NCBI GenBank assembly: GCA_963677705.1
Contig: OY782497.1
Span: forward strand, 4,703,603 to 4,767,602
Direction of reading: 5' to 3'
From: Myxococcota bacterium
Lineage (GTDB): Bacteria; Myxococcota_A; SURF-8; G963677705
Length of the DNA: 64,000 nucleotides
A program made the position numbers and the translations under genes. The notes under the pieces were generated by a model. That model ran no database searches, had not been told where the DNA came from, and saw only the letters and a program-made list of their open reading frames with translations. This document shows positions 38,792-47,703 of this stretch, one piece after another (the stretch's first letter is position 1; every line of letters begins with the position of its first letter).

Positions 38792-38824
38792 GGGTGATAG
38801 GGATATCACCCCCAACATCAGGGA
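38792..38824 (+). promoter_or_regulatory. CsrA-type operator of flagellin 3
   Basis: GGGTGAT-AGGGAT-ATCACCC hairpin plus AGGGA overlapping the SD. Confidence 0.7.
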
Positions 38825-38832
38825 GGATAGCT

Positions 38833-39999
38833 ATGGGATTTCGTATCCAAAACAACATTGCTTCCATTAATGCACACAATTATCTGACCAAGGCGGACAG
38901 TATGATGTCCAGAACCTTGGGACGCCTGTCGTCGGGCTATCGCATCAACAGCGCGTCTGATGATGCCGCAGGCCTGTCTGCGTCGATGCGTCTTCGTGCA
39001 GAAACCGCCAGTTTGAAGGTGGCCAGCCGCAACGCGGCAGAGGCTTCCAGTTCGCTGCAAGTGGCGGAAGGCGCGATGAATGAAATCGGCTCCATTCTGG
39101 AACGGCTGAAAGAACTGGCCACCCAGGCCGCCAGCGGCAACGCCGGTGCCGACCTGGCCAAGATCGACGCGGAACGTTCCGATCTGACCGCTGAAATCGA
39201 CCGGATCGTGAACTTCACCCAGTACGGTGGTGACACCCTGCTGGATGGTTCCTACGGTGGCGTCACCTTGGATACCAACAACGCCAACACGGATGCCTGG
39301 GATGTTCAGGGTGTGACCAACATCGATGTCAGCAACGCCAAGGTCAGCGAAACCTACACCATCACGGTGGGTGACTTCGATGGCGACGGTGACAACGATG
39401 ATGTGACCTTGACCGACAGCAATGGTAACGCTCAGACCATCGAAGACCCGGATACTTCCGCGTCTCTGGGCATGAACGAAGAACGCACGCTGAACTTCAG
39501 CGAACTGGGCGTGAAGATCAGCTACAACGGGCAGATGGGCCTGATTGGTGGCGATCTTGCGGACCTCGATGGAACCAACGTGGTGACCTTGGCCACGGCC
39601 CCGACGGCGAAGTTCCAGATCGGTAACGAGAACAACGGTGACAACCAGATCGGCTTCGCTCTGGCAAGCCTGGCCACCGCCGACCTGTTCACCAGTGCCG
39701 TGGATCTTTCTTCGATGTCCGGTGCCCAGACGGCGCTTGACACCATCGACAGTGCCGTTAGCACCCTGGCCACGGAACGCGGCAAAGTGGGTGCTTTGAT
39801 GAACCGCTTCAGCTACGCATCCAGCAACCTTGCCACCAGCATCGAGAACAAGACGGCCAGTGAGTCGGTGATTCGCGATGTGGATATGGCCGCTGAGATG
39901 AGCAACTTCACCAAGTACCAGATTCTGGTGCAGGCGGGAACCAGTATGTTGGCCCAGGCCAATCAGGCTCCGCAGTCGGTGTTGTCGCTGCTGCGGTAA
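38833..39999 (+). CDS. fliC: Flagellin 3 (near-identical paralogue of flagellin 2)
   Basis: Flagellin domains. True start is the ATG at 38833, after SD GGAGG. Confidence 0.96.
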   Translation: MGFRIQNNIASINAHNYLTKADSMMSRTLGRLSSGYRINSASDDAAGLSASMRLRAETASLKVASRNAAEASSSLQVAEGAMNEIGSILERLKELATQAASGNAGADLAKIDAERSDLTAEIDRIVNFTQYGGDTLLDGSYGGVTLDTNNANTDAWDVQGVTNIDVSNAKVSETYTITVGDFDGDGDNDDVTLTDSNGNAQTIEDPDTSASLGMNEERTLNFSELGVKISYNGQMGLIGGDLADLDGTNVVTLATAPTAKFQIGNENNGDNQIGFALASLATADLFTSAVDLSSMSGAQTALDTIDSAVSTLATERGKVGALMNRFSYASSNLATSIENKTASESVIRDVDMAAEMSNFTKYQILVQAGTSMLAQANQAPQSVLSLLR

Positions 40000-40029
40000 G
40001 CGCAACGTAGGAGGATCTTTCCTCCATTC

Positions 40030-40061
40030 GGATGGAGAGGGGACGCCCTCTCCATCCCTTT
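40030..40061 (+). terminator. Probable terminator after flagellin 3
   Basis: GGATGGAGAGGG-GACG-CCCTCTCCATCC followed by a short CTTT. Confidence 0.65.
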
Positions 40062-40098
40062 CCACCTAAAGAAATGTCGGTTTCATCCTGATGACCGC

Positions 40099-40125
40099 TC
40101 AAGGCATCGAGGACACTGCCGATTT
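40099..40125 (+). promoter_or_regulatory. Sigma28 promoter of flaG-fliD-fliS
   Basis: TCAA-N15-GCCGATTT. Confidence 0.72.
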
Positions 40126-40146
40126 GTATCATAAGAGAGGTGTATT

Positions 40147-40542
40147 ATGGCGGATTTCAAAACAGTCGAACGCATTTCTGCACCGGTGCAAAACGTCACC
40201 AAATCGCAGGAAGGAAGCGCCGCCAAATTGAAGACACGGGACGAGGGCAAGACGACGGAGATGATTGCCCTGGCCAAGAAGATGTCTGAGATGAAGGAAG
40301 GCCAATTGGACGAAGAGGAACTGAGCAAACACGTCAGTTTCCTCAACTCCCAACTGGAAGTGAACAACCTGTCGCTTCGTTTGTTCATCAAGCGGGATGA
40401 AACCCACAACCGGCTGGTCATTCAGCTTCGGGATGAAGAAACGGGCGAAGTGGTTCGTCAATTCCCACCGGGAGAAATTTTAACCATGTATGCCGATGTC
40501 GGTGCGACCAGCGGTCTGGCCGTGAACCACGTGGCAAAATAG
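40147..40542 (+). CDS. flaG: Flagellar protein FlaG
   Basis: LVIQLRDEETGEVVRQFPPGEIL motif, located between flagellin and fliD. Confidence 0.88.
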   Translation: MADFKTVERISAPVQNVTKSQEGSAAKLKTRDEGKTTEMIALAKKMSEMKEGQLDEEELSKHVSFLNSQLEVNNLSLRLFIKRDETHNRLVIQLRDEETGEVVRQFPPGEILTMYADVGATSGLAVNHVAK

Positions 40543-40593
40543 GAACGGCTCCGGCGGTGATAGGCACCGCAAACGGGTCGAGGAGACTATCCG

Positions 40594-43500
40594 ATGTCTA
40601 GTAGTGTCCAAAGTATATCGGGCCTTGTCAGCGGCCTTGATTGGCGGGAAACCGTTTCCCAACTCATGGCGATTGAGGGGCAGCGGGTCACCCTTGTTGA
40701 AAGCAAGGTGTCTCAGGCAGAAGAGAAGATTGATGCTTGGAAGAAGGTGGAAACCTATATGAAGAGCATCCAGACTTCGTCCAAGAACCTCAACAATTCG
40801 GATTCCTGGGATATTTTTTCCGCAACCATGACGTCCAGCAACGCCGATGTCAAAGCAAGCGATCTGCTTTCGCTGTCGGCCAGTTCTTCCGCCTCTCCTG
40901 GTTCGTATGATCTTGTTGTCAAAAGCCTGGCTCAAAAAGAAAAGATTTCCAGTCAGAGTTTTCAGGCCATCAACGAAGACCTGGGTCTGTCCGGCGAAAT
41001 CCTTGTCGGTGGGCAGGTTGTTGATATCAAAAGCACCGATACCCTGACCAATATCCGAGATTCCATCAACGCGGCCAATCGGGGAGCCGAGGCCAGCGGC
41101 GTGACGGCGACCATCGTCAGTTATGGTGAGGACGATCACCGTCTGATTCTGACCAACGATGCCGCCGGTGATACGCGGGTGGATGTTCGTGATACCGGTT
41201 CCAGCCTGCTGCAATCTTTGGGTTTGGCCAGCACCAGTACGGAAGTGGTTACCACCACCAGCAACGGTGCGGCCAGCGATTGGTTCAGTGCCTCCACGGT
41301 TTCTGTGGAAACCATGTTGGGTTTGAGCGCCGCGCCGAGTTCGGCCCTGGTTTCCATTGGTGGCTATTCAAACCTGAGCATTGATCTTTCCGGTTCCCTG
41401 GATGATATCAAAACCAGCTTGAACACCCAGGCCGGAGCGGACATCGCCAGCATTGAAAGCGAAGAAATCGATGGCAGCACCCAGTATCGTCTACGCCTGG
41501 TTGGAGCAAGCTTTACCGATGATAACAACGTCTTGGAAGCCTTGGGCGTGGTTCGTGCCACCCAGGGGCAGATCAACCAGCAGATGCAGTCTGATGTGCA
41601 GTTGGAGACAACCGCTCTGGCAACGGCAAGTTCGGCAACCCTGCTGACCGATCTCAACACCGGAAGCGGTGCCAACAATGTCACCGTGGGAGATACCATC
41701 CGGATTTCCGGTAAACAGCACGATGGTAGTGTTGTCGATGATACCTTTACCATTGGCGCCGGCAGCACGCTTCAGGATCTGCTTACCGTAGTGGAAACCG
41801 CTTTCGGTGGTGATGTCACGGGAAGCGTCAACGCCAACGGTGAGCTGGAGTTCACCGCGACCACCGGTGGCGAAAGTAAATTGGAAATCAACCTCTTTGC
41901 CAACAACGAAGGCGGTGGAACCCTGGACCTTGGCTCGGTTGATGTGTCCGTCTACGGTAACGATAGCCTGCTTCAAGCGGGACAAAGCGCCGTGTTGGAA
42001 ATCAACGGCTCGGAAGTGGAACGAAACAGCAACACCATTTCCGATCTCATCGGCGGTACCACCTTGACTCTGAAAAAAGCGGATGCAAGCACCACCTTGA
42101 CTCTGAATGTCGAGCGGGATTTCGATTCCATCGAAGATGATGTGCAGGGCATGGTGGATAAAATGAATGAACTGCTCTCCTACATCTCCGATCAGCAATC
42201 CTATGATTCGGAAGCAGAGCAGGTTGGTGGGGTGCTATTCGGTGAAACGGCGCTCAGTTCCATCCGTTCCGGGATTGTCGGTTCCTTGATCTCCACCATT
42301 CCCGGTGCGGCGTCGGATATGCGTAACCTGGTTCTGGCCGGTATTCACCTCGATGACGAAGGTCTGATTACCATTGAGTCGGATGAATTCCGCGAGAACC
42401 TGGAAACCCGCTTTGAAGATGTCCGTTCCCTCTTCTCTTTGACCGGTACCTCGGATAGCACGGACCTGGAATTGATCGGTGCGAACCGTGACGTAAACAA
42501 TGATGATTACGCGGTCAACGTAACCCAGGCCGCCAGCCGAGGCAGTGTGACCGGTACGGCAGACCTGAATGACGTGGATGGTTTGGATGGTAATGACGTG
42601 TTGACCATCACGGATGTCAGTACGGGGCGTTCGGCAACGGTGAACCTGACATCGGGTATGAATCTGGACGAAGTAATTCAGAGCATCAACAGTGAGATGA
42701 ACCGCGCTGTGTCTGAAGTTCTGACTGGTGATACCGCGCTGACAGCCTCCGGCTCTCCGGCAACGACCTCTACCACCTGGGATAGTGTCGATGGCGGTGG
42801 CGTGGTTGCCGGAGATACCATCTCCATTGCCGGTACCGCAGCGAACGGACAGGCAGTCGTGGGAGAATATACCATTGATAACCCTGGAAGTGACACCATC
42901 AATGGCCTGCTGAGCGCCATTGAAGAAGCATTCAATTACGATGTTTACGCCAGTTTGGATGCCAGCGGGCAGATTGTGGTGACCTCCCGTGATGGGCGGG
43001 ACGCGGATCTTTCTCTGAACTTGGGCGCGAACAACGAAGGTGGAGGTTCTCTGGATCTTGGTTCCTATTCCGTAACCCAGGAAGGTCGTTATGCGATGGA
43101 AATCAGCGCCCTGGATGCAGGGGGTGGACAACTGATGATTCGCCATGACAGCTACGGTAGCGACAACGGTATCCTGCTAAGTCAAAGCAGCAATCATCTG
43201 GGGATGGCCGATGCCCAGTTCGATGGAACCGATGTTGTGGGAACGATCAACGGTGAAGCGGCTACCGGTAAGGGGCAGACCCTCTCCGCCGATGACGATA
43301 CCAGTTCGGAGGGATTGACCCTGCGCTATTCGGGAACCATCCTCGGAAATATCGGTTCCTTGAATGTTTCCGTAGGCTTCGCAGAGTTGATTGAACGCCT
43401 TAGTTTCAACCAGGTGGATTCCTTTGACGGACTGATTGCATCCCGCAAGGAAACCCTGAACAGCTCGATTGATACGCTCAACGATCAGATTGAGCGAATG

Positions 43501-43623
43501 AATAGACGATTGGACATGAAGGAAGAACAGATGATTGCCCAATGGACCCGGATGGAAACAACGCTTAGCGCTTTGCAGAACCAGGCGAGCTGGTTGTCTG
43601 CGCAGTTGTCTTCCTTGGGTTAG
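40594..43623 (+). CDS. fliD: Flagellar filament cap protein, unusually long (1009 aa)
   Basis: ISGLVSGLDWRETVSQLM, VKSLAQ, AGQSAVLEING..VERNSNTISDLI..TLTLK, GVLFGE, and C-terminal EQMIAQWTRME. Confidence 0.93.
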   Translation: MSSSVQSISGLVSGLDWRETVSQLMAIEGQRVTLVESKVSQAEEKIDAWKKVETYMKSIQTSSKNLNNSDSWDIFSATMTSSNADVKASDLLSLSASSSASPGSYDLVVKSLAQKEKISSQSFQAINEDLGLSGEILVGGQVVDIKSTDTLTNIRDSINAANRGAEASGVTATIVSYGEDDHRLILTNDAAGDTRVDVRDTGSSLLQSLGLASTSTEVVTTTSNGAASDWFSASTVSVETMLGLSAAPSSALVSIGGYSNLSIDLSGSLDDIKTSLNTQAGADIASIESEEIDGSTQYRLRLVGASFTDDNNVLEALGVVRATQGQINQQMQSDVQLETTALATASSATLLTDLNTGSGANNVTVGDTIRISGKQHDGSVVDDTFTIGAGSTLQDLLTVVETAFGGDVTGSVNANGELEFTATTGGESKLEINLFANNEGGGTLDLGSVDVSVYGNDSLLQAGQSAVLEINGSEVERNSNTISDLIGGTTLTLKKADASTTLTLNVERDFDSIEDDVQGMVDKMNELLSYISDQQSYDSEAEQVGGVLFGETALSSIRSGIVGSLISTIPGAASDMRNLVLAGIHLDDEGLITIESDEFRENLETRFEDVRSLFSLTGTSDSTDLELIGANRDVNNDDYAVNVTQAASRGSVTGTADLNDVDGLDGNDVLTITDVSTGRSATVNLTSGMNLDEVIQSINSEMNRAVSEVLTGDTALTASGSPATTSTTWDSVDGGGVVAGDTISIAGTAANGQAVVGEYTIDNPGSDTINGLLSAIEEAFNYDVYASLDASGQIVVTSRDGRDADLSLNLGANNEGGGSLDLGSYSVTQEGRYAMEISALDAGGGQLMIRHDSYGSDNGILLSQSSNHLGMADAQFDGTDVVGTINGEAATGKGQTLSADDDTSSEGLTLRYSGTILGNIGSLNVSVGFAELIERLSFNQVDSFDGLIASRKETLNSSIDTLNDQIERMNRRLDMKEEQMIAQWTRMETTLSALQNQASWLSAQLSSLG

Positions 43624-43675
43624 GAGTCTACTAATGGGCGATGATCGAACCCCAAACGCGTGAAGGGAGTTACGC

Positions 43676-44101
43676 ATGGTCACGGCACGTGGAAGAGCAT
43701 ACGATCAGTACCGAGAAATGAAAACCACACCGGTGGACGGCTTGCAGATTATTCTGATGGCCTACAAGCGGATACGGGAGAACATCGATCATTCGATCAA
43801 AATGATTGATGAGAAGAAGTATTACGAAAAAGGTCAGAAGATCGCCAACAGCTTGGATCTGATTCACGAGCTGATGAGTTCCCTGGACATGGATAAGGGA
43901 GGCGAGATTGCCAAGCAGCTGAACGACCTGTATCTGTCGTGCATCCACCACCTGATGGTTGCCAACGAAAAATTGGATACCAAGCGCCTGCGCCAAGTGG
44001 ACCATATCATCAAAAACATCGAAGACGGCTTTTTGGCTATCGAGCAAAAGCGCCTTGAGGGGCAAGGCCTGGCCGTGCATGAGGATGATCTGAGCGAATA
44101 G
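43676..44101 (+). CDS. fliS: Flagellin chaperone
   Basis: AYDQY...IHELMSSLDMDKGGEIAKQLNDLY. Confidence 0.92.
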   Translation: MVTARGRAYDQYREMKTTPVDGLQIILMAYKRIRENIDHSIKMIDEKKYYEKGQKIANSLDLIHELMSSLDMDKGGEIAKQLNDLYLSCIHHLMVANEKLDTKRLRQVDHIIKNIEDGFLAIEQKRLEGQGLAVHEDDLSE

Positions 44102-44176
44102 ATCGGATGGTCTTTACAAGGGTTTACAAACGCATGTACGCTTCACGCGGGATGTTTTGGGTGGAGTAGGGGGATC

Positions 44177-44557
44177 ATGGAAAATCCGACAACCTTTTTT
44201 GAGGAATACAATACCCTGTTGCAGCGCTATCGGAAGGCGACGGAAGAGCTTCGCGCCCATCTGGATAGCAAGTCTTGGATTAAAGTTCGCCATTGGGTTC
44301 AGGTACGAAGCGGTTTGATTCAAGAGTTGGACCGTGCCAGCGGTCAGCGGGATGCAATCCGCTCCCGCGAGCCTGCTCTCTGGGAAGAGTGGTCCAGCCG
44401 TTGGCAGGCGATGTTGGTTCATGTGTCACGCCTGGAAAAAGGACTGACCGAGGATCTTCGCGGCGGTATCGAAGAAATGAAAACAGGAAACGGGCAGATG
44501 AAAAAAGCCCGCAAAGCCGCCACGGCCTTTGCCTCCATGCAAGGACGGGCCGAGTAA
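44177..44557 (+). CDS. Helical hypothetical protein in the FliT position
   Basis: 126-aa helical protein directly after fliS. Assignment is by synteny only. Confidence 0.55.
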   Translation: MENPTTFFEEYNTLLQRYRKATEELRAHLDSKSWIKVRHWVQVRSGLIQELDRASGQRDAIRSREPALWEEWSSRWQAMLVHVSRLEKGLTEDLRGGIEEMKTGNGQMKKARKAATAFASMQGRAE

Positions 44558-44715
44558 GACCAGGCGTTTTCTCGTATCGCCATCGTAGAGTAGGCGTGAA
44601 TCAAGTGCCAGGAAGGGCTGTAGGCTGGCTTTCCTTGGCCGGTCGTTTCCATTGATGTATGTTTGTTGCAACCAGACAGGCTGGCCCTTGTCTGGTTTTT
44701 GTGATTCAATTCCCC

Positions 44716-44808
44716 CAAGGATGGGGTTTCCGTCCATCCGTGTTCATCTTCCCGTGTGATTCCGTCCGTTTTGACAAACGATCATTTCCCCGGAGCCGGG
44801 ATCAGAGC
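44716..44808. repeat. Structured intergenic repeat, short internally deleted copy
   Basis: The left ~45 nt and right ~45 nt match the ends of 18308-18540. Confidence 0.65.
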
Positions 44809-45112
44809 TTGGTTTATAGGGATGTCTGAAGCAATTCAGGCTACCCGATAGGTCTTGAGCCAAACGGCTTGGATCACGTCCTTCAAGGTAGGTCTTACAC
44901 AGTTTCCGGAACTCTGCCCTTCATCATCATTCCAGCCATGAAGGATCCTTGACGCTTCTGCGCCTTGGCTTTTGACAAGGGGGATTTCGTTTTTGACACG
45001 GAATCCCTCATGCCGTTTCCTGAAACTGTCAAGAGGCTGACACTTTGTTCTCAGCTACCGGGGGACTTGGCTAACTCTGCGGATCTGGTCGTGTTTTGTG
45101 ATGGTTCGTTTT

Positions 45113-45128
45113 TGGCACGTCCGTTGCT
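45113..45128 (+). promoter_or_regulatory. Sigma54 promoter of the TPR-EBP-flgB operon
   Basis: TGGCACGTCCGTTGCT is a near-perfect consensus match. Confidence 0.85.
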
Positions 45129-45186
45129 ACATCAGGATGGCGAAGCAACGTCACTGAAGCCGTGAAACCAATAGAGGAATCATTTC

Positions 45187-47688
45187 ATGAACACTTCCAG
45201 CCCCATTTTCCAAAACAGATTGCTCGGCGCACTCAGTGTGTGTCTGCTCTGCCTTGGTACAATGGGAACGGCCTGGGCGGCTCCCGCCGTTCGGGACATC
45301 GAGCAGCACCTCTTGTTCCAGACCAACCCGGATACCGTGTATGATGTGCAGTGGGTGGATGCCAAACAGGCCTTGACCGTTACCTTCCTCAATCCTCCGG
45401 AAGACCTCGCCAGCCAGATTACACGGACCCTTGGCCCCGCCGTCGCCAGTTACACCATTGAATCCACCACCGAGGATAAGCTTCAGGTGGCCTTTTACCT
45501 GAGGCCCGGCAAGCCCAAGCTTTCCCATAGCCGTACTCTGGAACCCTCTACGGTGACCATCAGCATCAAGGCCCGCTTGATGGACTATGACCTGATTCCG
45601 GACATCATGACTCCGCGTTTCTTGACCCAGGAAGCCTTGACGCATCTGCCGATCCGTATTCCTTCCAATCTGAAAGATCCCCGCGCCGTGCGCCGTAAGC
45701 AGGAAGATCAGAGTGAAGAAGCCTTGGCGGCACTGAAAGCAGGCCGCTTTGAAGAAGCCAAAAAGATTTTCAATCAACACCTGACGACCAAGCAGACCCA
45801 GGTGGAAGACCAAAGCCGCGCCGGGATTCTTCGCGCTGAATATGAACAGGTGTTGCAAGGCAAAGCGGTGAACCCCACCGTAAGCGATCACCTTTTGCAG
45901 TCTTACGATACGCTGCGCAATGCGCGGATGCGTCAGTCTGTGTTGTTGATGCTGGGTCATCTGATGTTGCTGGATCACCAACCGGAACAGGCTGAGCGCT
46001 TGCTGGCCCGTGGCTATCCCCAGGCGGACGAAGACCTTCAGCCCTATTACGCCATTCTGCTGGCCCGCGCCCTGTTGACCTTGGGGAAGAAAAACGAGGC
46101 CGACCGCTTTCTGAAACGCCACGAGCCCTGGGGCCGCGAAGCCTGGGCAATGGCCCATTGTCTGACACGATCCTGGAGAGTGTATTTGGATGGGGATGCC
46201 GGCAAGGCCGTCGAACACATGAATCAATGTGGTTCCTCCAGCCAGGATCATACCAAAGAAACCGGTGATTTCTATCGTGCCCAGCTTCTGGCCATCGCCA
46301 AGCGCTATCCGCAAAGCGATCAGGAATACTTCAAGGTGATCAACGGCAGCCATTATGACGCGGACTATCTGTACGCCTCGGTATCGGGCTATGCCGATCT
46401 GCTCACCCTGTTGGGTCGTCGTGAAGAGGCTCGCCGCTGGTTGGATCAGGCGATCAATTCCAGTGACAAAGCCATTGGCCCTGAAAGCGAAGGCTGGATT
46501 CGGTTACTGATGCTCAAACGGCGTATGCTTTCGCCGGATGTGAATGTTGAGAACGAAATCTCGCGTTACCTGGCGGTATCGGAAGATCCGCCAAGCCGCT
46601 TGGATCTGATGGCCCAGTTCTATCGGGCGACCTTTGCCGATCTTACGGCCAAGCCCAAGGACGCCTATGAAGCGGCGAACAAGATTCTCAAAACCCGTAA
46701 AGGGCGCTTGCTGCAATTGCAGAATCCGGAATGGTTCAACCGTATCCTGGTTCAGTATTACCGGGATCTGGCCACAAAGAAGGATTGGAGTTCCCTTGTC
46801 TATCATACCTCTCTGAATGAATGGGGGCGTCTGGATGGTTTGGAACGCCAAGAGGTATTGTCGATTCTGGCGGAAGCTCTGTTGCAGCGCGGGATGAACG
46901 GTCGGGCGATTACCATGATGCACGAACTGCTCAAGCATCTGAAAGACCAGCCTTCCAGTCGTCATGTTTTGAAGAAACTGGTGTCTACCTACCTGCGCCA
47001 GAAAGATACCTATCGTGCCGGAAAGACCGTGGAATACTACCAGTCTCTATTCTCTGACAAACCGGAGGACAAGCACTACATCCATGAGGCACGGGCGCAG
47101 ATTTACGAAAGTACCGAAGAGATGAACAAGCTGGTGGACGAATTGAACACCTTGCTTGAAAGCACCACCAACCCGGACAAGCGTTTTGAAATTCTGATCA
47201 AACGGGCGCGGGTTCAAGAACAGCTTGGTGATGATGCGGGCATGGAACGCAGCCTGCGTGAAGCCGTGGGGATTGCGCCTACGCCGATGGAAAAGGCCGA
47301 TCTGCTTCGTGAATTAGGCTTGAGAGCTTACATGCGTGAGGAATTCAAGCAGTGCGCCAAGGATCTGCGCGGCTATCTTGCGGCCATTGCCAATACCACG
47401 GAACCCGTTGGGGATGTCTTGTTCACACTCGGCTTTTGCAACCAGCAGCTCAGCAAGGCCCAGGAAAGCATCAAAGTCTTGGAAAAAGCCATTGCCGTTG
47501 CGCCGGAGGATTCGCGTGTGCCTTACGCTCGTTATGCCATTGCCCAGCAGGCTTTGGCGGCCAACGACACCAAACGGGCCCAGGAACAGCTTGCTCAACT
47601 CAAGCAGACCGGTGAGGAATTCTGGCAGGGCATCGGCGATTTCATGGAAACCAAGGCCGGCTTCAAGCCGCCGACCCAAGCAAATTAG
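45187..47688 (+). CDS. Exported TPR-repeat protein (PflA-like scaffold candidate)
   Basis: Signal peptide ending TAWA-A, beta-rich N-terminal region and an extensive TPR-like helical array, 833 aa. Confidence 0.7.
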   Translation: MNTSSPIFQNRLLGALSVCLLCLGTMGTAWAAPAVRDIEQHLLFQTNPDTVYDVQWVDAKQALTVTFLNPPEDLASQITRTLGPAVASYTIESTTEDKLQVAFYLRPGKPKLSHSRTLEPSTVTISIKARLMDYDLIPDIMTPRFLTQEALTHLPIRIPSNLKDPRAVRRKQEDQSEEALAALKAGRFEEAKKIFNQHLTTKQTQVEDQSRAGILRAEYEQVLQGKAVNPTVSDHLLQSYDTLRNARMRQSVLLMLGHLMLLDHQPEQAERLLARGYPQADEDLQPYYAILLARALLTLGKKNEADRFLKRHEPWGREAWAMAHCLTRSWRVYLDGDAGKAVEHMNQCGSSSQDHTKETGDFYRAQLLAIAKRYPQSDQEYFKVINGSHYDADYLYASVSGYADLLTLLGRREEARRWLDQAINSSDKAIGPESEGWIRLLMLKRRMLSPDVNVENEISRYLAVSEDPPSRLDLMAQFYRATFADLTAKPKDAYEAANKILKTRKGRLLQLQNPEWFNRILVQYYRDLATKKDWSSLVYHTSLNEWGRLDGLERQEVLSILAEALLQRGMNGRAITMMHELLKHLKDQPSSRHVLKKLVSTYLRQKDTYRAGKTVEYYQSLFSDKPEDKHYIHEARAQIYESTEEMNKLVDELNTLLESTTNPDKRFEILIKRARVQEQLGDDAGMERSLREAVGIAPTPMEKADLLRELGLRAYMREEFKQCAKDLRGYLAAIANTTEPVGDVLFTLGFCNQQLSKAQESIKVLEKAIAVAPEDSRVPYARYAIAQQALAANDTKRAQEQLAQLKQTGEEFWQGIGDFMETKAGFKPPTQAN

Positions 47689-47703
47689 GACGAGGAAGGG
47701 ATC

